64,000 bases of DNA, from the NCBI RefSeq assembly GCF_036321535.1, contig NC_087437.1, positions 81,036,001 through 81,100,000 on the forward strand, read 5' to 3'. A program made the translations under genes and the position numbers. A model generated the notes under the pieces. The model did no database searches and was not told the DNA's origin. It worked only from the letters and a program-made list of their open reading frames with translations. This document shows, piece by piece, positions 42,400 through 53,638 of the stretch. Numbering within the stretch: position 1 is the stretch's first letter; each line of letters begins with the position of its first letter. The DNA is from Camelus dromedarius. Taxonomy: Eukaryota.

Positions 42400-42865
42400 C
42401 CTTGGGGAAATTCACAAAGACTTTCACATCCTAATACCATAACCTGTGAATACGTTAGGGTACATGCCTGTAAGAAATTAAGGTTGCAGATGGATTGTTT
42501 GCTAGCCAATCGATCTCAAAATATTATCCTAAATTATCCAGGTGGGCCAAAAGTAATCACAAAGGTCCTTAAAAGTGGGTTAGGGAGGCTGAAGAAAAGT
42601 CAGAGAGATGCTATGTTGTTGACTTTGAAATGTAAGAAGGGGGCTATGAGACAAGGAATGCAGGCTTTGGAAGCTGGAAAAGGCAAGGAAACAGATTCTC
42701 CCCTAGAACCTCCAGAAAGGGATGCAGCCCTGCCAACACCTTGATGTTAGTCCAGTGAGCCTCATGCCAGACTTCTGAACTTCAGAACTATAAGATATTA
42801 AAATTATGTTGTTTTTAGCCACTGCATTTGTGGTAATTTTTATGGCAGCCATAGAACAAAAACAC
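42400..42865 (+). mobile_element. MLT1D-like (ERVL-MaLR) solo LTR
   Basis: aacctgtgaatacgtta...attatccaggtgggcc...gaagctggaaaaggcaaggaaacagattctcccctagaacctccagaa...tttgtggtaatttt. Confidence 0.88.
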
Positions 42866-43019
42866 TTAGTTTTCATTTCTAAATAGAGTTAAACTATGTT
42901 CCTTTGTCACTGAGTTTTCCATTTTACATTATTTTCATTTTATCTTCCACTTGTTGATTAATCAAACTGCCATTATGAGGAAGTAAAAGTTCTTACTTTG
43001 TTAGTGCCTAAGACCTTGC

Positions 43020-43905
43020 TTTCCAAGATGTATTTCAGTAGGCGAATAGATAAACAAACTGTGCATTATCCAAGCAATGGACTATTATTCAGCACTAAAA
43101 AAGAAATGAGCTATCAAGCCATGACTAGGACTTCCAGTACTATGTTGAAAAGGAGTGGTTTCTTAATGGGAAAGCTTTGAGTTTCTTACCATTAAGAATG
43201 ATGTGAGCTGTGGTTACTTTTGTAGGTATCCTTTATCAAGTTGAGGAAGTTACCCTCTATTTGTATTTTACCATGAATTTTATATCGTGAATGGTGTTGG
43301 ATTTTGTCAAATGCTTTTTCTGCATCTATTAATATGATTTTTGTTTTAGTCTGCTGTTGTGTGATGGATTACGTTAATGGATTTTCAAATGTTGAACCAT
43401 CCTTGCATACTTGGGGTAAATCCCACTTGGTTATGGTGTATAATTCTTTTTACACATTGTTGGATTTGATTTGCCAATATTGTGTTGAGGATTTTTGCAT
43501 CTATGTTCATGAGAGATATTTGTCTGTAGCTTTTTTTCTTGTATGCCTTTGTTTGGTTTTAGCATTAGAGTAATACTGGGATCACAGAATGAGTTATACA
43601 ATGAATTAGGAAGTATTCCCTCTGCTTCTATTTTCTGAAAGAGATTACAGAGAATTTGGTGTAATTTCTTTAAAAATATTTGTTAAAATTCACCAGTGAA
43701 CCTATCTGGGATGCTTTCTGTTTTGCAAGGTTATTAGTATTGATTCAATTTCTTTAATAGACATAGGTTTATTCATATTGTTTATTTCTTCTTGTGTGAA
43801 TTTTAGCAAATTGTGTCTTTCAAGGAAATTGTCCATTTTACCTGGGTTATGAAATGTATGGGCATAGAGTCATTTCATAGTATTCCTTGATTGTCCTTTT
43901 ACTAC
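43020..43905. mobile_element. Old L1 pieces in opposite orientation: + 3' fragment (43020-43123) abutting a - ORF2 fragment (43124-43905)
   Basis: aaatgagctatcaagccatga|ctaggacttccagtactatgttgaa; attttgtcaaatgctttttctgcatc (DAEKAFDK on -). Confidence 0.8.
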
Positions 43906-45447
43906 TATAGGAATGAGTTACACTCTTTATCTGCCTAGGAACAACAATCTGGTTGACAGAGAAAGACTAGATGCTTGGAGTCTGGCTAATGGTACTCCAG
44001 GCCTGAGACTGGTAACCAGATTTGTCTGAGAGTGTTAGTTGATACGGCACATCCTGTGCTGGCAAATGAGTTGGGTCATTTGGAATGAGAAATTCCAAGT
44101 CTTCTCAGAATAATTCGGAGCCCTGTCAGCATCATCTCATATGATTGGCATTCTTTGAGTCAATTTAATATCTTCCCTGAGGAGTGGTGCTGGAAATGAG
44201 GCATTTCACAAGCCAGAGGCCACCAATTTTCTGTTCAGGAAGTAACAGCTAATGATATGAAGAGTGAGCAGTTGCCACATCTCATCCCATGAACTCTCTG
44301 TCAGACCCTCCATGTTGCTTTCTCCATGTCTTTGTATTTCAAGCCTTGTTCCTGGAATTAATGTCAGATGTTTGCAGTGAATCATACAATACTAAGGAAG
44401 GCTGTCTCCTTTCACTTCAGCAAGGAGAAGTGGGGAAATACATGTTCTCAGTATTTGTCTGGGATAGTAATTAAGACGAAATTCCCTGAAGGATTCTAAT
44501 CTCTTCTTCAACTAGGCCTGGAATCCTGCTCATTAATGAGTGAGTCTCCTGTGGCCTCCGGGGGAACCTCACCATGTCCAATGGGATATAAAGAGCTGAG
44601 CCTTAGAAGATTTGTCTTGGTCTGCAAGTGGTGTTGAACTAGAGACAACTTAGGGATGCATACATAGGTGCTTCCTTGCTCCTCTTCTCTGTTCCTTTAA
44701 GTTCTGTGTTGAGGCTAGAGGAAGAATAGGAAACTGAAAACTAGCTACAGGGAATGGGTGGATTTAAAAGAGAAGGGAGTGTGAACATAAGGTTCTCTAT
44801 AGCTTTTGTGTCCCTAAGGATTAGCTTAGGCCTGGATTCCACTCAAGTCCTTAGAATTTTCCCAGTTTTAACTTCCTGCCTACCTTTCCATCCCCTTTCC
44901 ACTCCTCTCAAGAACCCAGTCTTCTTGTTTTCCATCCTCCAATCTGTCCTGAATGTTTTCATGAACTCTAAGGTGTAATGGCTATTAATATACTATCTCA
45001 CAATGTTACCATCTTAAGGGATTTTCACCAGATAAAAGAATTCTCTAAAATATAATTAAAGATATAAGATAGTCAATCAGAGAAGAAATTTTGTGTTTTA
45101 AGCCCTCTGGAGATTATGATACACACTTAAGTTTGTAAATCACTGAACTATGCGATTGACTTGGGCAAGTCTCTTAAGTTGTTTGAATTATGCCTTCTCT
45201 GCCTCAGACTTTCACAGGGCTGTTAATGAGGACCAGACGATAAAAATGTGTGGTTTGGGAAACAATTAAAAGGTTGAGTGTTCCTAGGGGATTGCTAGAG
45301 GAGTAACTACATCATTTGGATTTTTTTTCTGATTGGGTTTTGCAAGTGGTGATGAGAGGGAAACCAGCTCTTCTAGAAAAAATTAAGTGGAAAATTTTAG
45401 AGAAAAAAAGTGTTGAACATTTAAGCAATGACTTCTATTTACCAAAA

Positions 45448-45514
45448 TCACCATCACATCATCACTATCACCATCATCATCATGATCTTCTTCATCTTCA
45501 TCACTGTCATCATT
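45448..45514. repeat. Degenerate (CAT)n repeat
   Basis: tcaccatcacatcatcactatcaccatcatcatcat... Confidence 0.85.
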
Positions 45515-45614
45515 CTAATTAGACAACTGCTAAATTGTGCTTTCATAGTCCCATTCTGGCCAGTGTTTTCCTGTTGGTTTTAGATTCGAATTACAACAGA
45601 AAATCCTATGTATA

Positions 45615-47690
45615 TAGTATTCCATTCAACAATATCAGAATATATATTTTTTCAAGGGCAGAAATATAGACCATGTTCTGGACCATAAAGTAATTTTCAA
45701 TAAATACAAAAGGATTTAAGTCACTTAAAATACTTTTCTCAACCACATTGGAATTAAATTAAAATTAATAACAGAAAGATCCCTGGAAAATCCCCTAGAT
45801 ATTGGAAACAGTGTTCTAAATAAATCATGAGCAAAGAAGAAACCAAAAGCAGAATTAGAAATATTTGTAACTGAATGAAGTTGAAAATACAGTATGTCTC
45901 AATTTGGGTTGAGCAAGAGGAGAAAGAGAAGACACAAATCAATATCAGAAATGAGGGTGGCAAAATTATTGCAGATTCTACAGATATTAGAAGAATAATA
46001 AGGGAATATTATGAACAACTTTATGGCAGCACATTTAACCACTTAAATAAAAGGTCAAATTCCTCAAAAGACCAAATTAACAAACTCACTCAAGAAAAAA
46101 CAGATAATCTGAAAAATCCATGTATCTATCTATAGAATTGAATTTTTAGTAAACCAAATCAAAAAATTCCCCCAAAACCAAAAACTAAGACCTTCCCATA
46201 GAGAATGGCTTCACAGACAATACTACTTGATTTTAAGGCTTACTATAACGCTGCAGTATTGAATACAATGTGTTATTGGCATTAATATAGGATGAATAGA
46301 GCAATGGAACAGAATAAAGACTCCAGAATAAACCTTCATATATTTGAACTATTGATTTTTGATGAAACTGCAAGAGCAATTTAGTAGAGAAAAGTGTAAA
46401 CTTTTTAGTGAATGACAGCAAATCAATTGGATGTCTATAGGCAAAAAATAAACCTGAATCCATATCATGCATCATATGCAAAAATCAACTCAAAATAGAT
46501 CAAAGATTTAAATGTAAAACCTAAAACTAAGAAATCTTATTAGGGTTGGATTTGGCAAGGTACTTTTAGCTATGACACCAATAGCACAATCCATAACAGA
46601 AAAATTGTACAAATCAGACCTCACCTAAATTAAGAACTTCTGCACCTCAAAAGACACTCTTAAGAGATTGAAAAGACAGGCTGTAGATAATGAGGAAATA
46701 TTTGCAAAGTATGTATCTTGTAAAGGACTTATATCTAGAATTTATAGAGAAATCTTAAAACCTGTAATAAAACAAACCATCCTCCACACCACCAAAAGTA
46801 GGCAAAAGATTTTTAAAAGATGTCACCAAAAAAACCCCCCACAAACAAATGGCAAACAAGCACATGAAAATATTCTCAGCATCATTTGTCATTAGGGAAA
46901 TGCACATTAAAATAAAAGTGAGATGCCATTATATATCTATTAGAAAGGCTAAAATTAAAAATTATGACATGCAAATGTTGGCAAGGATGTGGAAAAACTG
47001 GAACCCTCATACACTGTTGGTGTGAACATAAAATTTTACATTCACTTTGGAAAAGAGTTTGGCAGTTCCTTCAAAATTTAAATGAACATCTACCATTTGA
47101 TCTAGCTATTGTACTCGCAGGTATTTTTGCAAGAGAATGAAATCATGCATCCATACAAAGACATACATGCAAATGATCACAGCAGTCTTGTTTGTAATAG
47201 CCAAAATTGGCAGTAGCCCAAATGTCCATCAGCAGATGAATGGGTAAACAAATTGTGGTATATCCATTCAATGGAATACTACTCAGCATAGGAAGGGATA
47301 TTGATATATGTTATAACATGCGTGAATCTCATTATAATGGAACTGAGTTAAAGAAGCCAGTCAAAACAGAGTACCTACTATATGATTCCATTTATGTAAG
47401 ACTTCCAAAACTGCAATCAAAAGTATTATAATAGAAAGCAGATCAGTGGTTGTGTGGTACTGGGTGAGAGGTGTGGAGTGGAAGGAGAGTGGGATGGAAA
47501 AGGGCCACAAGGATTCTTTTAAAGGTAATGGGTACATTCATTATCTTGGTTGTGGTGAGGGTTTCCCAGGTGAAAACATGTCAAAATTAATCAAATTGTA
47601 TAAATGAAATATGTGCAGTTTGTTGTATGTGAATTACATTTCAAAAAACTATTGCAAATAAAATAAAATAAATCAAATATAATAAAATAT
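45615..47690 (+). mobile_element. Old L1 (L1MB/MC-like) with internal deletions, ORF2 to 3' end
   Basis: ORF 45875-46135 (IRRIIREYYEQLY); aaaatcaactcaaaatagatcaaaga; ccaaatgtccatcagcagatgaatgg; A-rich tail ~47655. Confidence 0.85.
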
Positions 47691-48119
47691 AGTAGGAAAG
47701 GCCTTGGTTTGAAGAATAATATACTCAAATGCATTTGACTCTTTTTAAGGGTACTTTAGACACTGACATGCTACTTTGAACAATTTATACATTTCCAAGA
47801 TAAAAGATTTAGAGTAGTGAACCTAAGCTTTTAGGGGACCTAACACATAAAATTCTGTGGAAATATGACTTTTGAAAAATGACTGTTTGAATAACAATTT
47901 CATTCAATGCCTCAATTAGTCTTTGGTAGCAAATCAAGTGCTTGGAAAAGGCACTTTCAAAGAAGTTATTAAATCTTTCCTGTCTACTTCCCAGCTTCTA
48001 AATGGAGGTCTCTGCTGAGAAGCAGACTTGCATGTAGCGTGCTCTTCCTTAGGTTAGGTGTTCACATACTTTCAGCTGCAGTGATTACAACCACCACCAT
48101 TACAAGTACCAGCAGCCAG

Positions 48120-48265
48120 TAGTGAATGAGTGCTTGCCATATGCCAGGCATTGTTCTAAATATTTTATGTGTATTAAGCCATTTAATCCTCCCAATAACC
48201 CTATGAGGAAGAAAATACTATCCTCATGTATGCAGAAGAAACTGAGGCACAAAGAGGTACAAATA
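48120..48265 (-). mobile_element. MIR SINE
   Basis: gagtgcttgccatatgccaggcattgttctaa...catttaatcctcccaataaccctatgagg...gaaactgaggcacaaagagg. Confidence 0.85.
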
Positions 48266-48329
48266 TCAAATTATCTGACTAGCAGTGGCATAAATGAATA
48301 CATTTTTGTTTATTTACTCTATAACTTCT

Positions 48330-48720
48330 CTATAACAAGTACACTGATAGACCATTCCACGATTGCTCCTGGGGTCAACAAACTAAGGGCCCTAGGTGAG
48401 TTTTCTTGCACTTTTGTAGGTCTTTCTATCATGGCCACAAGATGGCTACCCTGCCACTAAACATCCCTTCCTCACTTAATATTCAAAGCAGGAGAAAGGG
48501 GTTGGGAAGGAGCTATCTTCTTGTATGATTTTTTCATCAGAGAAATACATATTTGCTAGAAGCACACTGGCAAAATCTCATCAAAAGTTATTGGCTAGAA
48601 CTTGTTCACATAGCCCTTCCAAGCTGTATTCTACCATGGGAGGCAAGTTCTCTCAGAGAGGAAAAAGGGTCGGGAGAATGACTGTTTGGTTGGCAGCTAA
48701 CACTGGCTGGGCCACTTTGA
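48330..48720 (-). mobile_element. MLT1J-like LTR (degenerate)
   Basis: tcatggccacaagatggctaccc...attcaaagcaggagaaagggg...ttattggctagaacttgttcacat. Confidence 0.55.
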
Positions 48721-49054
48721 TGTATCCTGACCGCAACCCTAGATTACATTCCCAGTGATGGCTCCCTGACACTTCAAGAGCTGTAAATGTATAGGTGAAA
48801 TTCCTTTTTTCTCCTTAGTTTCTTTCTCATCTTAAGAAGAACTTCCCATATTGGTTAAAGTTTACCAAAGACAAATAATAAAAGCATATCATATTTATGT
48901 TGAAAAGAGAGATACAGATCCAAAAGAGAATTATTTATTCATTCAGTCTTTCATCAATTAAATCAATTAATTTATTGAGTTATTCATTCCACATATGAAT
49001 GTTGGTCATTCTCCACTAGTGGAATTTGATGTTAGTTGACATGGTCAAGATCAA

Positions 49055-49200
49055 GGCTGTACTACAGAACTACAGTGATGGAAATGTTTTATCTGTGCTG
49101 TCCCATATGGTAACCACTAGCCACAGGTAACTTACTAAGCACTTGAAATATGGCTAGTGTGATGAGGGCCTGAATTTTTAGTTTTAATTCATTCAATTAA
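49055..49200 (+). mobile_element. MER3 left part
   Basis: gatggaaatgttttatctgtgctgtcccatatggtaaccactagccac...gcacttgaaatatggctagtgtga. Confidence 0.8.
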
Positions 49201-49204
49201 AAAA

Positions 49205-49352
49205 ATTTATTATTGTATTATTTAACTGTTTTATTTTGGCATGGGGGTTAGGTAATTGGGTTTATTTAATTTTAGAGGAGGTACTGAGGATTGAACCCAG
49301 GACCTCATGCATGCTAAACACACACTCTACCACTAAGCTATACCCTCTCCCG
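49205..49352 (-). mobile_element. tRNA-derived camelid SINE (Vic-1 type)
   Basis: Reverse complement reads gggagagggtatagcttagtggtagagtgtgtgtttagcatgcatgaggtcctgggttcaatcctcagtacctcc...aaataaacccaattacc; A and B boxes present. Confidence 0.88.
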
Positions 49353-52300
49353 ATTCAATTATTTTTTCAGATTATATTCCATTATAGGTTATTACAAGAT
49401 ATGAATATAATTCCCTGTGTTTTATAATAAATTCTTATTGATTTTATGTATAGTAGTTAGTATCTGCTAATCCCATACTTGTACTTTGTCCCTCCTCCCT
49501 TGGTAACCATACATTTGTTTCCTATGTCTGTGACTCTGTTTCTGTTTTGTATATAGATTCATTTGTGTTATTTTCAGATTTCACATATAAGTGGTATCGT
49601 ATAGAACTTGTCTTTCTCTGTCTGATTTACTTAACTAAGTATAATTTTCTCTAGGTCCATCCATGTTGCTGCAAATGGCAATATTTCATTCTTTCTTTAT
49701 GGCTGAGTAATAGCCATTGTATAAATATACCACATCTTCTTAAGCTTATTGTCTGTTGTTGGGCACTTGGATTGTTTCCATGTCTTGGCTATTGTAAAGA
49801 ATGCTGCTATAAACATTGGGGTGCAAGTATCTTTTTGAATTAGAGTTTTCATTTTTTTCCAGATAGATACACAGGAGTGGGATTGCTGGATCATATGATA
49901 GCTCCATGTTTAATTTTGTAAGGAACCTCCATATTTCCATAGTAGGTACACCAATTTACATTTCCACCAACAGTGTAGGAGGGTTCGCTTTTCTCCATAC
50001 CCTCTCCAACATTTATTATTTGTTGACTTTTTGATGATGGCCATTCTGACTGGTGTGAGGTAATACATCATTGTAGTTTTCATTTATATTTCTCTAATAA
50101 TTAGAGATGCTGAGAATCTTTTCATGTACCTGTTGGCCATCTGTATGTTCTTTGGAAAAATGTCTATTTAGGTCTTCTGCCCATTTTTTGATTGGGTTGT
50201 TTATTTTTTTGATATTGAGTTATATGAGCTGTTTGTATAGTTCAGGTATTAACCCTTTGTTGGTCATATTGTTTGCAAATATTTTCTCCTATTCTGTAGG
50301 CTGTCTTTTAATTTTGTTTATGGTTTCCTTTGCTGTGCAAAAACTTTTAAGTTTAATTAGATCTCATTTATTTATTTTTACTTTTATTTCTTTTGCCTTG
50401 GGAGACTGATTTAAGAAAATATTGCTATGATTTATGTCCAAGAATGTTTTGCCTATGTTGTCTTCTAGAAGTTTTATGGTGTCATGCCTTATATTTTGAT
50501 CTTTAAACTATTTTGAGTTTGTTTTTGTATATGGTGTCAGGGAGTGTTCTAACTTCGTTGATTTATATGTGGCTGTCCAGTTTTCCCAGCATGACTTGCT
50601 GAAGAGACTCTCTTTTCTCCATTGTATATTCTTGATTCCTTCATTGAAGATTAATTGACCTTAGGTGTGTGGGTTTATTTCTGGGCTCTCTATTCTGTTC
50701 TATTGATTCACATGTCTGTTTTTGTGCCAATACCATGCTGTTTTGATTACTGGAGCTTTGAAGTATAATCTGAAGTCTGGAAGGGTTATGCCTCCAGCTT
50801 TGTTCTTTTTCCTCAGGATTTCTTGGCAATTCTTGGTCTTTTGTGATTCCATATAAATTTTAGGATTATTTGTTCTAGATATGTGAAAAATGTGATGGGT
50901 ATTTTGATAGGGGAAATTGCTTTGGGTAATAAGGCCATTTTGACAATATTAATTCTTCTAATTTAAGGGCATAGGATATCTTTCCATTTCTTTGAATCAT
51001 CTTTAACTTTTTTTATCAATGTTTATAGTTTTCAGTGTATAGGTCTTCCACCTCTGTGGTTAAGGTTATTCATAGGTGGTTTTTTTTATGGACATGGTTT
51101 TAAACAGGATTTTTTTTAACTTTCTCTTTCTGATATTTCATTGTTAGTGTAAAGAAATGCAATGAATTTCTGTATATTGATCTTGTATCCTGCTACCTTG
51201 CTGAATTCATTTATTAGTTCTGATAATTTTTGTGTAGAGATTTTAGGGTTCTATATATAGGGTTTCATGTCATCTGCAAATAGTGACAGTTTTACCTCTT
51301 CCCTTCCAGTTTGGATACCTCTTATTTCTTTTTCTTTTCTGACTACTGTGACTAGGACTTCTAATATTATGCTGAACAAGAGTGGTGAGAGTGAGCATCC
51401 TTGTCTTGTTCCTGAATTTTGCAGAAAGGCTTTCAGCTTTACAGCTTGAATATTATGTTGGCTAGGGGTTTGTCATAAATGGCTTTTATTATCTTGAGAT
51501 GTGTTCCCTCTGTACCTACTTTGTTGAGAGGTTTTATTATGAAAAGATGTTGAATTTTGTCAAATGCTTTTTCTGCATCTATTGAGATGATCCTTTGTGT
51601 TTTGTCGTTTGTTGTTGTTGTTAATGTGGTTAACACATTAATTGATTTGTATATGTTGAAACATCCTTGTGACCCTGGATTGAATTGAATCCAGGTTGAT
51701 TATGATGTATGATGCTTTTTATGTATTGTTGAATTCAGTTTGCTATTTTTTTCTTGAGGATTTTCATATCTATATCCATCAAAGATATTGGCCTGTAGTT
51801 TTCTTCTTTTGTGGTCTCTTTATCTGGTTTTTCTGTCAAGAGTGTTCATAGAATGAACTTGGACGTGTTCCCTTCTCTTCAATTTTTTGGAATAGTTTGA
51901 GCAGGATAGGTTTAAGTTCTTTGTATTTTCAGAAGAATTCCTCAATGAAGTCATCTAGTGCTAGACTTTTGTTTGCGGGGAGTTTTTGTTGTTGTTTTGT
52001 TTTTGTTTTTGTTTTTACAGTTTATGTCTCACTTCTAGTGATCAGTCTATTCAAATTATATGTTTCTTCTTCACTCAGTTTTGGCAAGCTGTATGTATCT
52101 AGAAATGTGTCCATTTATTATAGGTTGTCCAATTTGTTGGCATGCATTTATTCATAGTAGTTCCTCTGCCTTTTCATTTTACATAACTTTCTCTGTCTGT
52201 ATGAATTTAGGAGGAACAGTTATGTACTGTGGTCTTGAAGGGATGTTTTTTGTGGGCACATCTCTGTGTAGGCTGTGTGTGTCCAGTGTCTTTGGTGTGA

Positions 52301-53638
52301 GGGCTGATTTCAGGATGGACACCAGCACATCTTTCCACAGGGTGTGCTGGTCATTATCCCCTTGGTAATGGGGTGTGGCTGGTGTTGTAGTGTCTAGAGC
52401 CTGTTCTGGATGTGAGGCAGGGCTTCGTGGCTGTTGCCACCCTGTCAGGCGTGGGGTACACTGCCCAGTTGTTGGAGTAGAAGCCCTGAGAATCAAGCTT
52501 GATCAGGCTCTGTTGCCCTTGAGTGTGTGCCCTCCTCCAAAGGAGGTGACAGCTGAAGCAGTGAAACCCATGCAGTCACAGCGAACTGTGCACCATCTGT
52601 GCTGGCAACCAAGGCTCCTCTCAGAAGCAGTCCCTTTCTCTGTTGTGTTCCTCCCAGATCTGGTGCAGGGCTGTGGTGTGGAGTGGCTGGGCTGGTTATC
52701 TGGGCATCATGGCTGCAGGAATTGAGGTGGCTGCTCTGCCACCTGAGGTCTGGGCTGCCTCTGTGGCAGGCCTCTCCCAGGATCTGGGTGCCCCAGGTCT
52801 GGCCCAAAGCTGCAGTGTAGAGTAGGTGTAGCTGGAGGGCTCTGGCTGGGAGACAACTGCTGTGTACTCCTGAGCGAGCTGACATTGGCCATCGCTGCTG
52901 CCCAGACAATACCCCGGGCCCTCTGGGCTCCCTCTGTGTAGCCAGATGAGTCCTCCCCTAGGGTCTGTCTGCTCAGTGTTTAGCCACTGTATGCTCTTGC
53001 GGCGCCACCCCGTGTACATGCTGACAGTGGCCTCTGTGGCTCTGCCCAGATTACACCCAGACACCCCAGTCTGTTTCTGCACAGCTAGTCTCAGTTTCTG
53101 CCCAGATCTCATGCCAGGCTGTGGTGTGGGACAGGGCCAGCGTGTTTGCCTGTTTGGATCGGAAAGTGTAGTGAGGCTGCAGCCGCTGGTGCAAGGCTCT
53201 CTGCACCCTGGTTGGATACAACCAGCACATGCTCAGTCCTCAAGAATAGAATCTAGGCTTTCCCAGACCTTCTGTCTGTCTTAGTGGATTTCCCAGCAGG
53301 CAAGTAGGGCTGTCTCCTCTGTGCAGGACACCAGGGCTGGGATGCCCAGATTGCAGCTCAACCTGCTCACTCCCTGGGGTGAGGGTCCACCCGTGCGGAC
53401 CTTCTCCTCCTTACAGATCTTTCCCACGGGCACAGGTCCCCAACCCAATGCCTTTTTTCCTGTTCTACTCGGTTATGTGGAGATCTTTCTTGCAGCTTTG
53501 GTTGTCCATGAGTTTTCCTGCCAATTTCCAGTTAGTTTTATGTGAAAGTTGTTCCATGTGTAGATGTATTTCTGATGCATATGTCGGGGGGAGGTGAGCT
53601 CCACGTCCTCCTACTCCATCATCTTGATCCCCCTCCTC
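49353..53638 (-). mobile_element. L1 with complete 5'UTR and 3' half of ORF2, but ORF1 and the endonuclease region deleted
   Basis: 5' end gaggagggggatcaagatgatggagtaggaggacgtggagctcacc at 53638; GC-rich 5'UTR to 52178; ORF1 start ATGAAAAGGCAGAGGAAC at 52177 joined to ORF2 YYE.../[18 protein letters not shown] at ~51580; 3'UTR to 49353. Confidence 0.93.

Noticed and set aside
45316..45522. His-rich ORF
   Set aside because: Translation of a degenerate (CAT)n repeat; non-ATG start.
52179..53284. Cluster of overlapping 60-138 aa ORFs
   Set aside because: GC-rich L1 5'UTR with few stop codons; no recognisable protein.
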